Made by a program: the position numbers and the translations under genes. Of a DNA stretch of 22,381 bases, positions 8,069-15,748 are shown one piece after another. The number at the start of each line of letters is the position of its first letter. Positions within the stretch are counted from its first letter, which is position 1. The notes beneath the pieces are model-generated. The model saw nothing but the letters and a program-made list of their open reading frames with translations. It made no database searches and was not told where the DNA came from. Source of the stretch: Abditibacteriaceae bacterium (GTDB lineage: Bacteria > Armatimonadota > Abditibacteriia > Abditibacteriales > Abditibacteriaceae); assembly GCA_031372065.1 (NCBI GenBank), contig JANMKN010000230.1, forward strand, positions 1 to 22,381. The letters are read 5' to 3'.

Positions 8069-9340
8069 ATGGCTCAATCGAAACACCACATCACCAGCCC
8101 CAGCCATAATGGCAATGCCGTTCCGGATGCCTCAGAACTCACCAGCAACGACACCCTCACTTTGGCGGCCCGCCGAGGCAAGGCGTCCCCGACCTCACTG
8201 CCCCTTGATGTGCCCAATTCACCCAACACTGTGTCACTAAATCATTCCAACGGCTCGCATCATGGCGTGCATTTAACATTGGGCGACATCGCCCGTTTGC
8301 TGAACGCCGAATTTGTCGGCGATGCCGAAACAGTCATTACCAGCGTCGCCAGTCTCGATAGCGCCGGGCCGGGCGCCTTGGCCTTCGTCGAACACGATAG
8401 CCGCCTCCAGTCGGCGCTTGATTCGCAAGCGGCGGCGCTCATTGTGCCACCGGGCAGTGAAATGGCGCTCCGCGACCCACAAACGCGCTCGAAACCGGCA
8501 GTCATCGTGGGCAATCCACGTTTGGCATTTGCGCGGGTGATGGAATTTTTCCAACCCGCCGCGCCGCCGGAACAAGGCGTTCATCCCACCGCCATCATTG
8601 ATCCGACGGCCATCATCGGCGACAACGTGACCATTCGCGAATTTTGTTACGTTGGACGCCATGCCCGCATTGCCGAAGGCACTGTCATTTATCCGCACGT
8701 CACCGTCGGCGATGGCGCACAAATCGGCGAGAACTGCGTAGTTTTCGCCTCAGTTGTCATCGGCCATCATGTTTGCATCGGCTCACGCGTGCGCATTCAT
8801 TCCGGCACGGTGCTGGGCGGCGATGGCTTCGGCTATGTCATTGACGAAAAAGGCAGTCATTACAAAGTGCCGCAAGTCGGCACAGTAATTATTGAAGACG
8901 ATGTGGAAATTGGCGCCAACGTTTGCATTGACCGCGCCACGATGGGCGCTACCCGCGTTGGCTCCGGCACCAAGATTGATAACCTTGTGCAAATCGCCCA
9001 CAACGTGCAAATCGGGCGCAATTGTATTTTATGCGGCCAATCGGGTTTAAGCGGCAGCGTCGAAGTCGGCGACGGCGCCATTTTAGCCGGACAAGCTGGT
9101 TCGCGCGATCACGTTAAAATCGGCAAAGGCGCCATCGTCGGCGCCAAAAGCGGCGTGATGGACGATGTGCCCGACGGCGAATTTGTGGCCGGCACGCCCG
9201 CCTTACCGGGCCGCCAACGCATGAAACTCGAAGCCGCCTTCCGCAAAATGCCCGACACCGCCAGATCGGTGCGCGATTTGGAAAAACAAGTCAAAGCGCT
9301 GCAAGAACAACTTGACGAATTATCCAAACGACTCTCGTAA
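8069..9340 (+). CDS. lpxD: UDP-3-O-(3-hydroxyacyl)glucosamine N-acyltransferase
   Basis: NPRLAFA, hexapeptide repeats, GGDGFGY, PQVGTVIIEDDVEIGANVCIDRA, TKIDNLVQIAHNV, C-terminal helix. About 65-aa low-complexity N-terminal extension; start uncertain. Confidence 0.95.
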   Translation: MAQSKHHITSPSHNGNAVPDASELTSNDTLTLAARRGKASPTSLPLDVPNSPNTVSLNHSNGSHHGVHLTLGDIARLLNAEFVGDAETVITSVASLDSAGPGALAFVEHDSRLQSALDSQAAALIVPPGSEMALRDPQTRSKPAVIVGNPRLAFARVMEFFQPAAPPEQGVHPTAIIDPTAIIGDNVTIREFCYVGRHARIAEGTVIYPHVTVGDGAQIGENCVVFASVVIGHHVCIGSRVRIHSGTVLGGDGFGYVIDEKGSHYKVPQVGTVIIEDDVEIGANVCIDRATMGATRVGSGTKIDNLVQIAHNVQIGRNCILCGQSGLSGSVEVGDGAILAGQAGSRDHVKIGKGAIVGAKSGVMDDVPDGEFVAGTPALPGRQRMKLEAAFRKMPDTARSVRDLEKQVKALQEQLDELSKRLS

Positions 9341-9523
9341 TTTGCAAAATAAAAAGCGCGCATGGAGTCCACTCCAATACTCCAAAGTCATTCTGTGCCG
9401 CTACTTTAAATCGGACACCAATTTTTGCTTGTGTTCGGCCACGCGACGCTGAATATTCTTTGTAACACCGATATACAGCGTCCGGCTGTAGCTGCTCAAA
9501 ATATAAACCGCATACGAGGCCAT

Positions 9524-11494
9524 TTATTTTTCTTCTGCCGCCGTCACTTTGTCGCGGCCTGCGGCTTTGGATTGATAAAGCGCGGTGTCGGCGGCGTGCA
9601 ATAACTCGTCGCCGGAAGTGCCATGGGCCGGAAAACAGGCCACACCCAGCGACAGCGAAATCGGCCCGACGGTTTGGCGGCCATAACGGATTTCCAAACG
9701 TTTCGCGGCTTCGCGCAGTTGTTCGGCTTTTTGACACGCGGCGTGCAAATCGGCTTCGGGCAAGATCAACGTGAACTCTTCGCCCCCGTAACGGCAGGCG
9801 CTGTCGGCTTTGCGCAGATGGCTCGCCAGCATTCCCGCCACTTCGCGTAAAACGGCATCACCAGCGTCGTGACCGTGCGTGTCGTTGAATTTCTTGAAAA
9901 AATCAATGTCCAACATGACCAGCCCCAGCGGTTTGTTGCTGCGCGCCGCGCGATTGATTTCTCGATCCAGACTTTCTTCCAAATAACGCCGGTTGAAAAG
10001 GCCGGTCAGCGGGTCGCGAATGCTTTGATTGCGCAGGCGTTCTTGCAAATGCAGGTTGGCTAAGGCCAGCGAAATTTGCTCGCTGACGGTGCGCGCCAAT
10101 TGTTGACGGTCTTCGCTGAACGCTTGATTTTCCGCCGCCATTAAATGCAACAATCCCAGCGTTTCGCGCTGGGCAATCAGCGGCAGGCACAAATAATCGC
10201 CGCAGGTCGCTTCGTCGCCGCTTATCGCATGAGGACAGGTCATTTCGCAGCCGGTAGATTCAACCGCGTGCATTCGATTACGCCGCAAACCCCAGCAGTC
10301 ATCGGGCGAAAAATAAGTTTCGCTGTGCATTTCGCCCCAAGTGACAACCGCTTCGACGTGATTATGCGTCGCGTCGAAAGCGAAAAGCGCGCCGCCGGTT
10401 TCGGGAAACAATTGGCGCACGGTGCGCGCCATGATTTTGTAGGCTTCGCCCACGCTGCGACACGATTGCAAAAACTCGCCCATCTCGCCGATGAGTCCCA
10501 TTTCGCGTGTGCGTCGCTCCAATTCGCCGACGCGCACTTTGAGTTCTTCGTGCGCGTATTGCAATTCGTCTTCGGCGTGCTTGCGCTTGGTAATGTCCTG
10601 CAACTGCGCCAGAAAATACAGCGGTTCGCCGCCTGCATCGCGCACCAGCGACACACTGAGCAAAACCCACGCTTGGCTGCCGCGCCGCAAATTCAGGCGC
10701 CGCTCGATTTCATAGGAGAGAATTTCGCCTTCGAGCATTTGCCGCATTTGTTCGAGGTCAAATTCCAAATCATCGGGGTGCGTGATGCTTTGAAAATTCG
10801 TCGCCAAAAGTTCCTGCGCCGTATAGCCCGCGATGCCGCACAGCGACGGGTTGACCGTAAGAAAACGCCCATCCAAATCCAAGAGCGCCATGCCGATCAC
10901 GGCGTGTTCAAAGGCGTTGCGAAAGCGTTCTTCGGGCGAAGGCGGCGCGATTTTTTCGTCGGCTTCCTCGTCATCTATCTCATCTATCGGCAAAGGCCGC
11001 GCGGGCGCAAACGCATGGCGGCGCCATTCGAGTTGCAAGGTCGCTTGCCGCGCCAAGGCGCGCAGGGCGTTTTTTTCTTCGTTCGATAAGCCGCGCGGCG
11101 CGAAATCCAAAATCGCCAGCGTGCCGAGCGCGTAGCCATCGTGTGTCACCAGCGGCGCGCCGGCATAAAAGCGCACTTTTTGGCCGTTGCTTTCGAGTTT
11201 TTCAAAGCGCGGATCAAGCTCTAAATCGCGCACAACGAGCAAGTCATCGCCTAAAAGCGCTTGCGCACACGGCAAACCATCGCGCGGCAATTCGCGCGGC
11301 GTGAAATTATGGCGCGCTTTGAGAAATAAGCGATTTTCATCGGCCAAAGCCAGCCATGCGAGGGGCGCAAGGCTCAGTTGCGCGGCTAAATTGACCACAT
11401 CATCGAACTCGGCTTCGGGCGGCGTGTCGAGAATCTGACAACGCCGCAAGACATCAAGCCGATGAATTTCGTTGAAGGGCAAAGGAAAGCGCAT
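9524..11494 (-). CDS. Diguanylate cyclase, GAF-PAS/PAC-GAF-GGDEF
   Basis: GAF (ILDTPPEAEFD…RFYAGAPL), PAS (FQSITHPDD…QDITKRK), second GAF (DDCWGLRR), DPLTGLFNRRY, DIDFFKKFNDTHGH, GGEEF active site and RxxD I-site (RKAD). Confidence 0.93.
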   Translation of the reverse strand: MRFPLPFNEIHRLDVLRRCQILDTPPEAEFDDVVNLAAQLSLAPLAWLALADENRLFLKARHNFTPRELPRDGLPCAQALLGDDLLVVRDLELDPRFEKLESNGQKVRFYAGAPLVTHDGYALGTLAILDFAPRGLSNEEKNALRALARQATLQLEWRRHAFAPARPLPIDEIDDEEADEKIAPPSPEERFRNAFEHAVIGMALLDLDGRFLTVNPSLCGIAGYTAQELLATNFQSITHPDDLEFDLEQMRQMLEGEILSYEIERRLNLRRGSQAWVLLSVSLVRDAGGEPLYFLAQLQDITKRKHAEDELQYAHEELKVRVGELERRTREMGLIGEMGEFLQSCRSVGEAYKIMARTVRQLFPETGGALFAFDATHNHVEAVVTWGEMHSETYFSPDDCWGLRRNRMHAVESTGCEMTCPHAISGDEATCGDYLCLPLIAQRETLGLLHLMAAENQAFSEDRQQLARTVSEQISLALANLHLQERLRNQSIRDPLTGLFNRRYLEESLDREINRAARSNKPLGLVMLDIDFFKKFNDTHGHDAGDAVLREVAGMLASHLRKADSACRYGGEEFTLILPEADLHAACQKAEQLREAAKRLEIRYGRQTVGPISLSLGVACFPAHGTSGDELLHAADTALYQSKAAGRDKVTAAEEK

Positions 11495-11498
11495 TCTG

Positions 11499-11586
11499 TT
11501 TGGGTTTTGGGTCTTGGGTTTTAGGTGTTAGGTCGTGCGAATATCTGTGAAGATAAAGACCGAAAACCAAAGCCCAAAAACCAAAG
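11499..11586. repeat. Inverted heptamer tandem repeats
   Basis: TTTGGGT-like x5 (11499-11533) facing ACCAAAG/CCCAAAA-like x4 (11559-11586). Confidence 0.75.
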
Positions 11587-11673
11587 TGAGGCTTAGTTTC
11601 CATTGCGCTTTGCGCGCTAACAAGCGGTCTTTCTTTCTTCGTCACTTCCTTTCTTGCTGCCTTCCTGATAAAA

Positions 11674-12711
11674 ATGAATTCCATGTCCCCATCATTTCGC
11701 ACCGTAGTTATCGGCTACGGCTTCGCTGGAAAAAGTTTTCATGCTTATCTTGTCGGCCTGACGCCCGGCTTGACGCTGCACGGCATCGCCTCGCGCAACC
11801 CCGAAACGCGCGCCCAGATCTTAGAGCGCGGCGATTGCAAAGCCTACGCAAGTTTTGACGAAGTTTTAGCCGACCCCGAAGTAGATTTGGTGGTCATCGC
11901 CTCGCCCAATTCGCAGCACGCGCCGCAAGCGATTGCCGCTTTGAATGCCGGAAAAAACGTCGTGGTAGATAAGCCGATGTGCCTTTCGCTGGGCGAAGCC
12001 GACGCCATGATTGCCGCGTCAAAAAGCAGCGGCAAACTGCTTTCGATTTTTCACAATCGCCGCTGGGACGGCGACTTTTTAACGGCGCAACACGTGATAA
12101 ACAGCGGCGACCTTGGCGAAGTGAAATGGATAGAACTCAGTTGGGGCCGCGTGGGCGCTTATCGCAGTTGGCGCGGCCAAAAAGAGCATGGCGGCGGGCG
12201 TTTTTGGGATTTAGGCGCCCATTTGCTCGACCAGTTGATGCTTTTTTACCAAGGCCACGCCGTAGAAAGCGTTTACCTGCGCAAGCAATACGATTTCCCC
12301 GAAGCGGACGTAGAAAGCGAAGCCTTGTGCGTCCTGACCTTTGAAGGCGGACGCACGGGCATCATTGACACCAGCAGCGTGATGGCCGTCGAAAAGCCGC
12401 GTTTTTACCTGCGCGGCTTGAAAGGCACGTTTCAAAAATACGGCGTTGACCCGCAAGAAAAAGCCATGATTGCCGGTGACATTGACGCCGCGCAAGAAGA
12501 CGAATATTTTCACGGGCTGATCGGCGACGGCCAAAACGAAAAACGCGTCCCCACCATTCAAGGCCGCTGGCGCTCTTTCTACGAAAATGTCGCCGCTGCT
12601 TTAGCGGGCACCGAACCATTGGCCGTCACCCCCGAAAGCGTGCGGCAGCGCCTCGTCATCTTTGAAGCCGCGCTCAAATCCGAAGAGCAAAATCAGGTTG
12701 TGAAGTTGTAG
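11674..12711 (+). CDS. Gfo/Idh/MocA oxidoreductase (IolW/YdgJ-like)
   Basis: GYGFAG Rossmann motif, VVVDKP, FHNRRWDGDF, DLGAHLLDQ, KYGVDPQE. Confidence 0.88.
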   Translation: MNSMSPSFRTVVIGYGFAGKSFHAYLVGLTPGLTLHGIASRNPETRAQILERGDCKAYASFDEVLADPEVDLVVIASPNSQHAPQAIAALNAGKNVVVDKPMCLSLGEADAMIAASKSSGKLLSIFHNRRWDGDFLTAQHVINSGDLGEVKWIELSWGRVGAYRSWRGQKEHGGGRFWDLGAHLLDQLMLFYQGHAVESVYLRKQYDFPEADVESEALCVLTFEGGRTGIIDTSSVMAVEKPRFYLRGLKGTFQKYGVDPQEKAMIAGDIDAAQEDEYFHGLIGDGQNEKRVPTIQGRWRSFYENVAAALAGTEPLAVTPESVRQRLVIFEAALKSEEQNQVVKL

Positions 12712-12740
12712 AAACCTACCGTCTTTAAAGGAGGTGAAAT

Positions 12741-13188
12741 AGGGTTTTGGGGCGTTTGAGGCTCGAAAAGGGGCGAAAAAAGGGCGTTGGGGGCGCCCAG
12801 TAGGGTTTTGGCGAGCAAAAAAAGACTTCGGGCACGCCCGGAGGCTTTTGGGGAACGAAAAAACTGTCTGTCCCGTGGGCGGAGACTTTTCGCGGAGCGG
12901 AAAAACGCTCCGCCCGCAGGCGGAGACTTTGCGCGGAGCGGAAAAACCGTCCGCCCGTGGGCGGAGACTTTTCGCGGAGCGCAAAAACCGTCCGCCCGCA
13001 GGCGAAGACTTTTCGCGGAGCGCAAAAACCGTCCGCCCGCTGGCGGAGACTTTTCGCGGAGCGCAAAAACCGTCCGCCCACGGGCGAAGACTTTTCGCGG
13101 AACGGAAAAAACGTCTGTCCCGTGGGCGGAGACTTTTCGCGGAGCAAAAAAACGCTCCGCCCGCTGGCGAAGTGTTTTCGGGAAAAAA
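12741..13188. repeat. 41-bp tandem array of alternating hairpins
   Basis: AGACTTT-like anchors at 12842, 12883, 12924, 12965, 13006, 13047, 13088, 13130 and 13171 (41-bp spacing, one 42). Consensus AGACTTTTCGCGGAGCGCAAAAACCGTCCGCCCGYWGGCGG. Degenerate ~20-bp units continue back to about 12741. Confidence 0.92.
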
Positions 13189-13244
13189 GTTCTGTGGCCT
13201 GTGGTTGCCAACGGCGTGCAGAGGACGAAAAGGAGAAAATCATT

Positions 13245-14186
13245 ATGGCATCGAACAAAATTCGCAAAGACGTGCCCGATGTGCGGGATGCTTCGATTGT
13301 GGCTGAGGGCGGGTTGACACGCAATGCGGCGTTAGCCGTTGGCGATCCGCAAAAAATTACCTTTCATCGCGTCACCGCGCTGCTTATTCACACCCAGCGC
13401 GACGATTTATTGGACAAAGACCGCATTTACAACAATCGCCGCACCGATAAAAACAGCGCCGTCCATGCCCGTCAAGGCGCCAATCTCAGTGTCGGCAAAG
13501 AATTGTTGGATATTCGCGACGCGCTCAAAAAACCGCTCGGACGCGAACACAACTCGATGTGGACCAGCGCTGGTTGGACGCATAACACCTTGGAAATCCC
13601 CGACGATGCCGCAGATAAATCAGCCTTACTCGGCACTTTAATCGTCTATCTCGGCGAGCATCCCACCTACGAAAATGCCGGACAAGGTGCCACCGCCGCG
13701 CATTGCACGACGCTCAAAACGCAAATTGATACCGCCATCGCCGTCGAACAAGCCACCCAAACGCCGCTCACTCAAGCCAAAACCGCGCGCAAAGCCGCTT
13801 TGAACCTGCTGCATAAATCGTTGATGACCTTGCTCGGCGAGTTGGGCGAGGAATTGGACGATCTCGACGCGCGCTATTACGATTACGGCTTCACGCCGCC
13901 CGGTTTACAAGGTCGTCCCGGCCTGTGTCGCGGCTTTGTCTGGCATCCCGGACATGAAGCGGGCACCATCGAACTCGATTGGCTGAACGCCGATCTCGCC
14001 GAGCGTTATCAAGTGCAAAAGCAAATCGTCGGCAGCGATCTGGATTTCGTTTTAGCTGAAACCGTTCAAGACAGCGACGCCACATTGGAAGGGCTACCCT
14101 CCGGTAGCACCGTAAAACTGCGTGTGCGCGCCGTCAATTCGCACGGCGAAGGCCCGTGGAGCGAGGTTTTGGTAGTTGTGGTTTAA
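13245..14186 (+). CDS. Hypothetical protein: helical N-terminal region plus C-terminal fibronectin type III domain
   Basis: AGGAG (13231-13235) precedes ATG 13245; 313 aa. FN3 pattern IELDW…RYQV…LEGLPSG…LRVRAVNSHGEGPWSE. No signal peptide. Confidence 0.82.
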   Translation: MASNKIRKDVPDVRDASIVAEGGLTRNAALAVGDPQKITFHRVTALLIHTQRDDLLDKDRIYNNRRTDKNSAVHARQGANLSVGKELLDIRDALKKPLGREHNSMWTSAGWTHNTLEIPDDAADKSALLGTLIVYLGEHPTYENAGQGATAAHCTTLKTQIDTAIAVEQATQTPLTQAKTARKAALNLLHKSLMTLLGELGEELDDLDARYYDYGFTPPGLQGRPGLCRGFVWHPGHEAGTIELDWLNADLAERYQVQKQIVGSDLDFVLAETVQDSDATLEGLPSGSTVKLRVRAVNSHGEGPWSEVLVVVV

Positions 14187-14189
14187 AAT

Positions 14190-14343
14190 AACCCCATCCC
14201 CGGCCCTTCCCCTTGAAACGACAAAAGGGGAAGGGAGAACCACACCATTCTGCCCCGAATTAATTTCTACTTTCTCAGAGCGTAATACGCCAGCACTCCC
14301 TTCCCCTTCTGCCGTTTCAAGGGGAAGGGCCGGGGATGGGGTT
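14190..14343. repeat. REP-like palindrome doublet (REPIN/MITE-like)
   Basis: 48-bp arms 14190-14237 and 14296-14343 are reverse complements with 2 mismatches and a 58-bp spacer. Each arm is itself palindromic (CCCTTCCCCTT…AAGGGGAAGGG). Confidence 0.88.
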
Positions 14344-14483
14344 TACAAGGACATATCACGCAATCTCCGGCGTTGCCGTTTCGATTACGGCCTACTGCCT
14401 ACTTTTTTACCCTTTCCCCTTGACCTTCTAATGGCATCGTGTTTATCTGTGATGCAGTTCCCCATTTCGCGGAGAGACAAAAT

Positions 14484-15677
14484 ATGAATCAACAACAATT
14501 GTTCAAACTGTTAGACGAATTTCAAATCGAAGTGCCCAGTTGGGGCTTCGCCGATACTGGCACACGCTTCGGCAAGTTTTTGCAGCCCGCTGCCGCTTCG
14601 ACCATCGAAGAAAAACTCGAAGACGCCGGAACAGTGCATCATTATACCGGCTGCTGCCCGTCGGTGGCAGTTCACGTTTTATGGGACTTCAAAGCGGGCA
14701 CCGACCCCGCTGAAGTGGCGGAAATCGCCGCGCAAAATGGCGTGCGCATCGGCTCGATTAATCCGAACCTGTTTCAAGATCAAGCCTATAAATTCGGCTC
14801 GGCCACTTCGCCCAATGAAGCCGCGCGAGACGAAGCCGATAATCACGTTCTCGATTGCATCGAAATCGGCAAAGCGACGGGCAGCGATTTGCTGAGTTTG
14901 TGGTTCGCCGACGGCACCAACTATCCCGGCCAAGACGACATCGTAAAGCGCAAGAAGCGCATGGAAACAGCGCTCACAGCATGGCACGATGCCATGCCCG
15001 CCGATATGACGATGCTGGTCGAATATAAGCCGTTTGAACCGGCCTTTTACATGACCGACATCGCCGATTGGGGCATGAGTTATCTCTACGCGAAAAAAGC
15101 TGGCCCGCGCGCCAAAGTTCTCGTGGACACCGGCCATCATTTGCCCGGCTGCAACATCGAACAAATCGTGGCGTGGCTGCTTGATGAAGAAATGCTGGGC
15201 GGCTTTCATTTCAACGACCGCAAATATGCCGACGACGATTTAACGCTCGGCTCGATTGACCCTTATGCGGTTTTTCGCATCTTCCACGAAATCCGCAACG
15301 CCCATGAAATTCACGGGCGCGACGTGAGCGGCATCGCATACATGATTGACCAGTCGCACAATCTCAAACCGAAAATCGAAGCGATGATCCAAACCGCCAC
15401 AACTGCGCAGGAACTGTATCTCAAAGCCTGCTTGGTTGACCGCGCCAAATTACAAGACGCGCAAAACGCAATGGACATCGTGACCGCCGAAGAATGCCTG
15501 CGCGAAGCGTTTTGGACGGATGTCAAACCGATTTTAGCCGCGTGGCGCGAAAGCAAGGGACTCGCCGCCGACCCGATGGCCGCTTATCGCACCAGCGGCT
15601 ACGAAGCCGAAAAAGCCGCCGAGCGCACCGCCGCCCGCGAAGCACGCGGCGAAGTGGCAACCGGCTCTTATGCGTAA
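14484..15677 (+). CDS. rhaI: L-rhamnose isomerase (RhaI type, xylose isomerase-like TIM barrel)
   Basis: IEVPSWGF..TGTRF, WFADGTNYPGQ, EYKPFEPAFY, VDTGHH, GGFHFNDRKYADDDL, MIDQSHNLK. GGAG precedes ATG 14484. Confidence 0.85.
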   Translation: MNQQQLFKLLDEFQIEVPSWGFADTGTRFGKFLQPAAASTIEEKLEDAGTVHHYTGCCPSVAVHVLWDFKAGTDPAEVAEIAAQNGVRIGSINPNLFQDQAYKFGSATSPNEAARDEADNHVLDCIEIGKATGSDLLSLWFADGTNYPGQDDIVKRKKRMETALTAWHDAMPADMTMLVEYKPFEPAFYMTDIADWGMSYLYAKKAGPRAKVLVDTGHHLPGCNIEQIVAWLLDEEMLGGFHFNDRKYADDDLTLGSIDPYAVFRIFHEIRNAHEIHGRDVSGIAYMIDQSHNLKPKIEAMIQTATTAQELYLKACLVDRAKLQDAQNAMDIVTAEECLREAFWTDVKPILAAWRESKGLAADPMAAYRTSGYEAEKAAERTAAREARGEVATGSYA

Positions 15678-15679
15678 TT

Positions 15680-15740
15680 GTAGGGGCACGCTATGGGGTG
15701 TCCTAACTTGACAATCGGACACGCTGTAGCGTGTCCCTAC
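15680..15740. repeat. GTAG-family REP doublet
   Basis: GTAGGGGCACGCTATGGGGTGTCC (15680-15703) is inverted relative to GGACACGCTGTAGCGTGTCCCTAC (15717-15740). GTAG/CTAC outer ends and internal palindromes. Confidence 0.82.
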
Positions 15741-15748
15741 GAGATGCT

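Noticed and set aside
9362..9384. TGGAGT…ACTCCAATACTCCA short repeat/hairpin between convergent genes
   Set aside because: Too short and lacks a U-tract, so it cannot be called a terminator or element.
10145..11089. 314-aa plus-strand ORF and other long antisense ORFs
   Set aside because: Shadow ORFs opposite well-supported genes, with no domain features.
12842..13188. CRISPR array
   Set aside because: No unique spacers, variation is limited to a few bases, and no cas genes are present.
13195..13208. Sigma54 promoter TGGC…TTGC upstream of the FN3 gene
   Set aside because: GG-to-GC spacing is 9 nt rather than the required 10.
12601..13324. Several overlapping ORFs across the 41-bp array, including the 12957 start for the FN3 gene
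   Set aside because: The repeat lacks stop codons in most frames and its period shifts frame; a clear SD supports ATG 13245.
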